This document shows, piece by piece, positions 36,479 through 40,416 of a DNA stretch of 40,416 nucleotides (its first letter is position 1; every line of letters starts with the position of its first letter). The stretch is from NCBI GenBank assembly GCA_964619115.1, contig CAZUEB010000002.1:1-40416 (forward strand), written 5' to 3'. The position numbers and the translations under genes were made by a program. The stretch comes from an uncultured Dehalococcoidales bacterium (GTDB taxonomy: Bacteria > Chloroflexota > Dehalococcoidia > GIF9 > UBA5629). The notes under the pieces are model-generated. The model was not told where the DNA came from, did no database searches, and saw only the letters and a list, made by a program, of their open reading frames with translations.

Positions 36479-37522
36479 ATGTGGCAAACGATTGGTCAAC
36501 CGGAAGCATTAGCTTTACTTGAACATAGCCTTGAAACCGGCAATCTGGCTCACGCCTATCTTCTTGTCGGTGCGCCTCACATCGGCAAGACAACATTGGC
36601 GCTCGATTTAGCCAGAGCGGTGAACTGTCAGGGAAACCAGCCGCCTTGCGGTGAGTGTCAGGCCTGCCGCAGAATCACAGATGGCAAACATACCGATATT
36701 ACAATCATAAGCCTGAACTCAGCCAGAGATTCAGCAGAGGCAAAATCACGCGTTGAGATTAGCATAGATGATATTAGAGGACTACAGCACAACGCCAGCC
36801 TGCCGCCTTTTGAGGGTAAATGCAAAGTATTCATAATTGACGGCGCTGAATATTTATCTACCGAAGCCTCCAACTGCTTGCTTAAGACCATAGAGGAGCC
36901 ACCACCTCAAGTAATTATACTTCTCCTGACCGCCGAAGAACTACGGCTCCTGCCTACAGTGGTCTCTCGCTGCCAGAGGCTAGAATTAAAGCCAATGATA
37001 AGCGATGAAATAGAGAAGATACTCATCGATTCCCAAGGCATTGACCGTGACAGGGCAAGACTCATGGCACGACTATCTCAAGGCTACCTCGGCTGGGCAC
37101 TGAGAGTCTCGACTGACGACAGCTACCTTGCACAGCGAAATCAAAGGCTTTCTGAGATGTTTTCTCTCTTAAACACAGGATGGGAAGAGCGCTTCAGTTA
37201 CACTGCTAAGCTCGGCAACGAACGAAAATCAGCCGAAGAGATAATAAAACTTTGGCTTGCCTGGTGGCACGATGTTATGTTAACTAAATGCGATTGCAGG
37301 CACGCCATCACAAACATTGACCATATATCGGTACTTGAAAAATGGGCACAAGCATTAAGTTTATTGGAGATTAGGAATTTCATTGACAGCCTGCATAAAT
37401 CGCTAAACCAGATCGCCATTAATGCTAACCTGCGCTTAGTATTCGAAATATTGATGCTTGACATGCCTAAAAAGGAGGTAAAAGAAGGGCACATGATATC
37501 ATCTGAGCCCGTTGTAGTATAA
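36479..37522 (+). CDS. holB: DNA polymerase III delta-prime subunit
   Basis: 347 aa containing HAYLLVGAPHIGKTTLA, the zinc module CGECQACRR, the Walker B-like FIIDGAE and SRC (VVSRCQ). Confidence 0.88.
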   Translation: MWQTIGQPEALALLEHSLETGNLAHAYLLVGAPHIGKTTLALDLARAVNCQGNQPPCGECQACRRITDGKHTDITIISLNSARDSAEAKSRVEISIDDIRGLQHNASLPPFEGKCKVFIIDGAEYLSTEASNCLLKTIEEPPPQVIILLLTAEELRLLPTVVSRCQRLELKPMISDEIEKILIDSQGIDRDRARLMARLSQGYLGWALRVSTDDSYLAQRNQRLSEMFSLLNTGWEERFSYTAKLGNERKSAEEIIKLWLAWWHDVMLTKCDCRHAITNIDHISVLEKWAQALSLLEIRNFIDSLHKSLNQIAINANLRLVFEILMLDMPKKEVKEGHMISSEPVVV

Positions 37523-38355
37523 TGACTGAAACTGTAGGAGTTCGTTTTCACCAGGCCTCTAAGGTCTACTATTTTGACGCTGCGGATATACCGCTGGAAA
37601 TAAATGACGACGTGGTGGTTGAGACCAGCCGTGGCTATGAGCTGGGAAAAGTGGCCATCGCCCCAAAACAAGTTATTCACAGCGAAATAACCGAACCATT
37701 GAAACCAGTTATCCGCAAAGCACAGGCTGATGACATAGCAAAAGCCCAGAGACAGCAAGAAAGGGCAGCAAACGCCATAGCCAAATGCCGGGAGATAATC
37801 GAAAGACTCAACCTGCCCATGAAACCTATATCGGCTCAATACAATTTGGACGGCAGCCATCTTACCCTTTTCTTCAGTGCCGAGAAAAGAGTTGATTTCC
37901 GCGAGCTAGTCCGGGAGTTAAGTCGCAACCTGAAGACACGAGTCGAACTAAGGCAGGTCGGAGCCAGAGACGAGGCAAAGCTGTGCGGCGGCTTAGGCAA
38001 ATGCGGCTTTCCACTGTGCTGTACCACCTTCCTCAGCGAATTTGCGCCGGTTTCCATCAAGATGGCAAAGGAACAGGATATGGCTCTCAACCCGATGAAA
38101 ACGTCCGGCATCTGCGGTCGGCTCCTATGTTGCCTGGGCTATGAATATGAGCAATACCGCGCTATGAAAGAGAAGATGCCACAATTGCGTCAGGATGTGT
38201 CTACAGCTTTGGGAAAGGCTAAAGTTGTCGGCATTAATCCGATTAAAGAAACAGTGACTGTAGCACTGGAAACAGGGAGCACCGTAGAATTGCCTCTTGG
38301 CCAGATAACCTGGCGTGAAAAACCAGCGGACGATAACCAGCAGGCAAAGACCTAG
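37522..38355 (+). CDS. ricT: PSP1-domain protein RicT/YaaT
   Basis: 277 aa. Its start overlaps the holB stop, the conserved holB-yaaT arrangement. It has a PSP1 C-terminal core with a Cys cluster (CGGLGKCGFPLCC...CGRLLCC). Confidence 0.88.
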   Translation: MTETVGVRFHQASKVYYFDAADIPLEINDDVVVETSRGYELGKVAIAPKQVIHSEITEPLKPVIRKAQADDIAKAQRQQERAANAIAKCREIIERLNLPMKPISAQYNLDGSHLTLFFSAEKRVDFRELVRELSRNLKTRVELRQVGARDEAKLCGGLGKCGFPLCCTTFLSEFAPVSIKMAKEQDMALNPMKTSGICGRLLCCLGYEYEQYRAMKEKMPQLRQDVSTALGKAKVVGINPIKETVTVALETGSTVELPLGQITWREKPADDNQQAKT

Positions 38356-38357
38356 AC

Positions 38358-38915
38358 TTATTGAGGAAGATATTTCTGCCATTCCGTACGCGCACGAAGG
38401 TACTGATGAGGCACATAGAAACCATCATTACGTGGCGGTTCAGGTTTGTTGAGAAGTGGCATCCCGGCTTCTATCGGCGTCCGTCCAGCCTTCCGACGAT
38501 TACACGGTATACAAGCACTCACCACGTTTTCCCAGCTATGCTCACCACCACGCCGCCTCGGCATAACATGGTCTAAAGTGAGTTCTTTGCTTTCCCGACC
38601 ACAGTATTGACAGATATAATGGTCGCGACTGAAAACTTCAAGCTTGGTCAATTTCCGCTGCTGCCGCGGTCGCCTGATAAAACAACCAAGTCGAATCACT
38701 GAAGGAACATCAAAGACATCATCAACAGAGTTGAGATTACCACGCCCATTTTCCAAAACCTCAGCCTTACCACGAAACAGCAAAACTATAGCCCTGCGCA
38801 CTCTGCAGATATTAAGCGGCTCGTAATTCTGATTAAGTACTAGAACTGGTGCGTTTACCACGGCTTTTCCCTGACTAATCCAGATTATTTTAGCAGGAAA
38901 ATTTTTGACCGACAA
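38358..38915 (-). CDS. HNH endonuclease (McrA-like, with an N-terminal accessory domain)
   Basis: 185 aa with the HNH core CQYCG....LTLDHVMPRRRGGEHSWENVVSACIPCNRRK. It starts 3 nt after the stop of the upstream double-AAA+ gene. Confidence 0.88.
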   Translation of the reverse strand: MSVKNFPAKIIWISQGKAVVNAPVLVLNQNYEPLNICRVRRAIVLLFRGKAEVLENGRGNLNSVDDVFDVPSVIRLGCFIRRPRQQRKLTKLEVFSRDHYICQYCGRESKELTLDHVMPRRRGGEHSWENVVSACIPCNRRKAGRTPIEAGMPLLNKPEPPRNDGFYVPHQYLRARTEWQKYLPQ

Positions 38916-38918
38916 CAG

Positions 38919-40388
38919 CTAAGACGGCCGACTTCGCCGCGAGTATCGTTGCTGAGTCTTGGTTTCATGAGCGCGCGGGGCTTTTATATCACCCCGATAA
39001 TCAGGGGCATTTATATTTAGGACAAGACTGAGGCTGGGGTCAACCATCCGGGAACTGATTCGTCTCTCAATCTCATCCAGCGAAAGACAGGTGGTAATCA
39101 CCGTGGCTAACCTGGCATTATAGCGATAGTTTATTAACTGATAAAGCTTCTCCTGAGCCCAGGGGGTGGCTGCCTGCTCACCAAAATCATCGAGAATAAG
39201 CACCTGAGCCTTTTTGATTCTCTCAAAGAGCTCATCATAGGAAACTCTGCTCTCCGGGTTAAAAGTAGAGCGCAGATAATCTAGTAGGTCAGTAACCACA
39301 ATAAACAAGACTGATTTGCCTTCCCTGCGTAGATGATTGGCGATAGCGGCTGCCAGATGTGTTTTGCCGCAACCATTTACACCCATCAAAACCAACCAAC
39401 CCTCAGGAGATTTGGCAAAATTGACGGCATTGCGGTGGGCTTGCTCCAGGCTCTGGCGCTCCTCAGGAGCGAGATTCAGCGATTTGTAGTCGAAATTATT
39501 GAATGCCTTTTTACGCAATGCCTCTAATTCTATGCTGCTTAGGTGCTCCAAAGTCAATGTCGATTTCCCCTGAATTACGCATATATTGCATAGCTCAGAA
39601 TCAGTCAGGTGTCCCCGTAAACTATCATCGAACTCCTCAACCGGCACATCAGTAGTGATAACTGTAGGCAGGCCGAGATTGAAACGGTAGTCGAGCAAAT
39701 GCTCCAATTTCCCCTTTGCCCACAGTGTGGTAGCTGTCATGGTCAAGTCATCCAGAATCAATAGCGGCGCATTTTTCACACGCTCAAACAGCTCGTCATG
39801 GGCAATCTCACTACTGGGACTAAAAGCACTCCTCAGATGGTCCAGGAGGTCAGCGGCACCTATGTAAAAAACCGGCTGTCCCAGGCTCAGCCGGTAATTG
39901 GCAATGGCGCAGGCTAAATGCGTTTTCCCACATCCACTCGAACCCACCAGGATTAACCACCCCTTTGGCTCGCTGGCAAAAGCTCTGGCAGCTTCGTATG
40001 CCCGCGTGAAATTCTGCTGTACTGCGGCATCATCGTATCTACCGGTCTGCACAAGATTATCGAAGGTCAGCCGGGACAGGGCACCAAGGTTGCTGTACTG
40101 CTGAAGCTGGGCTAATTTCTCCTTTTTTAACTCCTTATGACTGCAACGGCATGGCACAACCCGGCTAAAATCAGGGCGACCCGAATCTGATAAAGGATGT
40201 ATTAAACCAGCTCCTTTACATATCGGGCACGCTGAGTCAGTCAAGCTTTCTTCTCCTGGCTCAACGCTTGACCATGTGTCCGTATTTGCCCCTGATGTAT
40301 TTCTCGCGGTCGTCCTCTTTTTTAGAATCTCTTCCAGGCTTTCCATCATCCTTGCCTTCCGTAGCCCAACGTTCCAAAATGCGCGCAA
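38919..40388 (-). CDS. Tandem-duplicated DnaC/DnaI/IstB-like AAA+ ATPase with an N-terminal Cys4 zinc-ribbon-like segment
   Basis: The 489-aa ORF has a TTG at 40388 preceded by GGAGA. Alternative ATG starts at 40349 and 40346 (MMESLEE) are preceded by GGAAGG. It has CPICKGAG...CRC near the N-terminus. Two homologous modules each carry F(D/N)N(L/F), Walker A (GSSGCGKTHLACAIAN and GVNGCGKTHLAAAIAN), LLD(H/Y)LRS.F.P...DELFER, and Walker B (LLILDD and VLILDD). Confidence 0.82.
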   Translation of the reverse strand: MRAFWNVGLRKARMMESLEEILKKRTTARNTSGANTDTWSSVEPGEESLTDSACPICKGAGLIHPLSDSGRPDFSRVVPCRCSHKELKKEKLAQLQQYSNLGALSRLTFDNLVQTGRYDDAAVQQNFTRAYEAARAFASEPKGWLILVGSSGCGKTHLACAIANYRLSLGQPVFYIGAADLLDHLRSAFSPSSEIAHDELFERVKNAPLLILDDLTMTATTLWAKGKLEHLLDYRFNLGLPTVITTDVPVEEFDDSLRGHLTDSELCNICVIQGKSTLTLEHLSSIELEALRKKAFNNFDYKSLNLAPEERQSLEQAHRNAVNFAKSPEGWLVLMGVNGCGKTHLAAAIANHLRREGKSVLFIVVTDLLDYLRSTFNPESRVSYDELFERIKKAQVLILDDFGEQAATPWAQEKLYQLINYRYNARLATVITTCLSLDEIERRISSRMVDPSLSLVLNINAPDYRGDIKAPRAHETKTQQRYSRRSRPS

Positions 40389-40416
40389 TATATCTCCAGC
40401 TACGCTTGTTCAATGC

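Noticed and set aside
37198-37860. 220-aa minus-strand ORF spanning the holB/ricT junction
   Set aside because: It is antisense to two well-supported genes. The translation is Cys/Phe/Ser-rich with no motifs or RBS, so it looks like a chance open frame opposite coding sequence.
38919-40388. IS21-type mobile element (IstB-like ATPase)
   Set aside because: There is no IstA transposase and no terminal inverted repeats visible within the window. The protein is a double module with a zinc ribbon and is coupled to an HNH gene. This is not an IS architecture, although a domesticated origin cannot be excluded.

Overview
This window is a dense, mostly core-housekeeping bacterial region with about 36 protein genes, small gaps and moderate GC. 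I saw no rRNA, tRNA, CRISPR array, transposase or integrase. The T-box outside Firmicutes, the type-2 IleRS and the multi-PAS kinase suggest a monoderm-type lineage such as Chloroflexota/Dehalococcoidia, but that is only a guess.

Gene content, left to right:
- An 8xPAS hybrid histidine kinase/response regulator (minus strand).
- A sigma70-type promoter, a Trp-specific T-box leader and a stand-alone TrpB2-type tryptophan synthase beta.
- An MBL-fold hydrolase and an HtrA protease.
- A 10-gene co-directional minus-strand block: rpsF-ssb-rpsR-rpmH-rnpA-yidD-(PQQ beta-propeller lipoprotein)-yidC-jag-ileS. The 46-aa rpmH is missing from the ORF track and was found by hand.
- ychF, then ppsA-dgt-dnaG-rpoD plus a small membrane protein, then ffh.
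- A Cas4-like PD-(D/E)XK nuclease with a zinc-hook SbcC/Rad50 ATPase.
- A two-subunit CoA-transferase with a four-subunit 2-oxoacid:ferredoxin oxidoreductase.
- lysA, holB and ricT(yaaT).
- A minus-strand pair: a tandem-duplicated DnaC/DnaI-like double AAA+ protein and an HNH endonuclease.

Best candidates for something undescribed:
1. The Cas4-like nuclease plus SbcC pair, which has no SbcD/Mre11 partner in the window.
2. The Zn-ribbon plus two DnaC-like modules protein, abutting an HNH nuclease gene.
3. A Shine-Dalgarno-preceded 9-codon mini-ORF (MATISWMWP) with two Trp codons, lying between the Trp T-box terminator and trpB2.
4. A (GGGNNN)x6 telomere-like G-quadruplex motif inside an imperfect palindrome between convergent genes.

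None of these can be proven from the sequence alone. All functional calls rest on motif recognition by eye, not on database searches.
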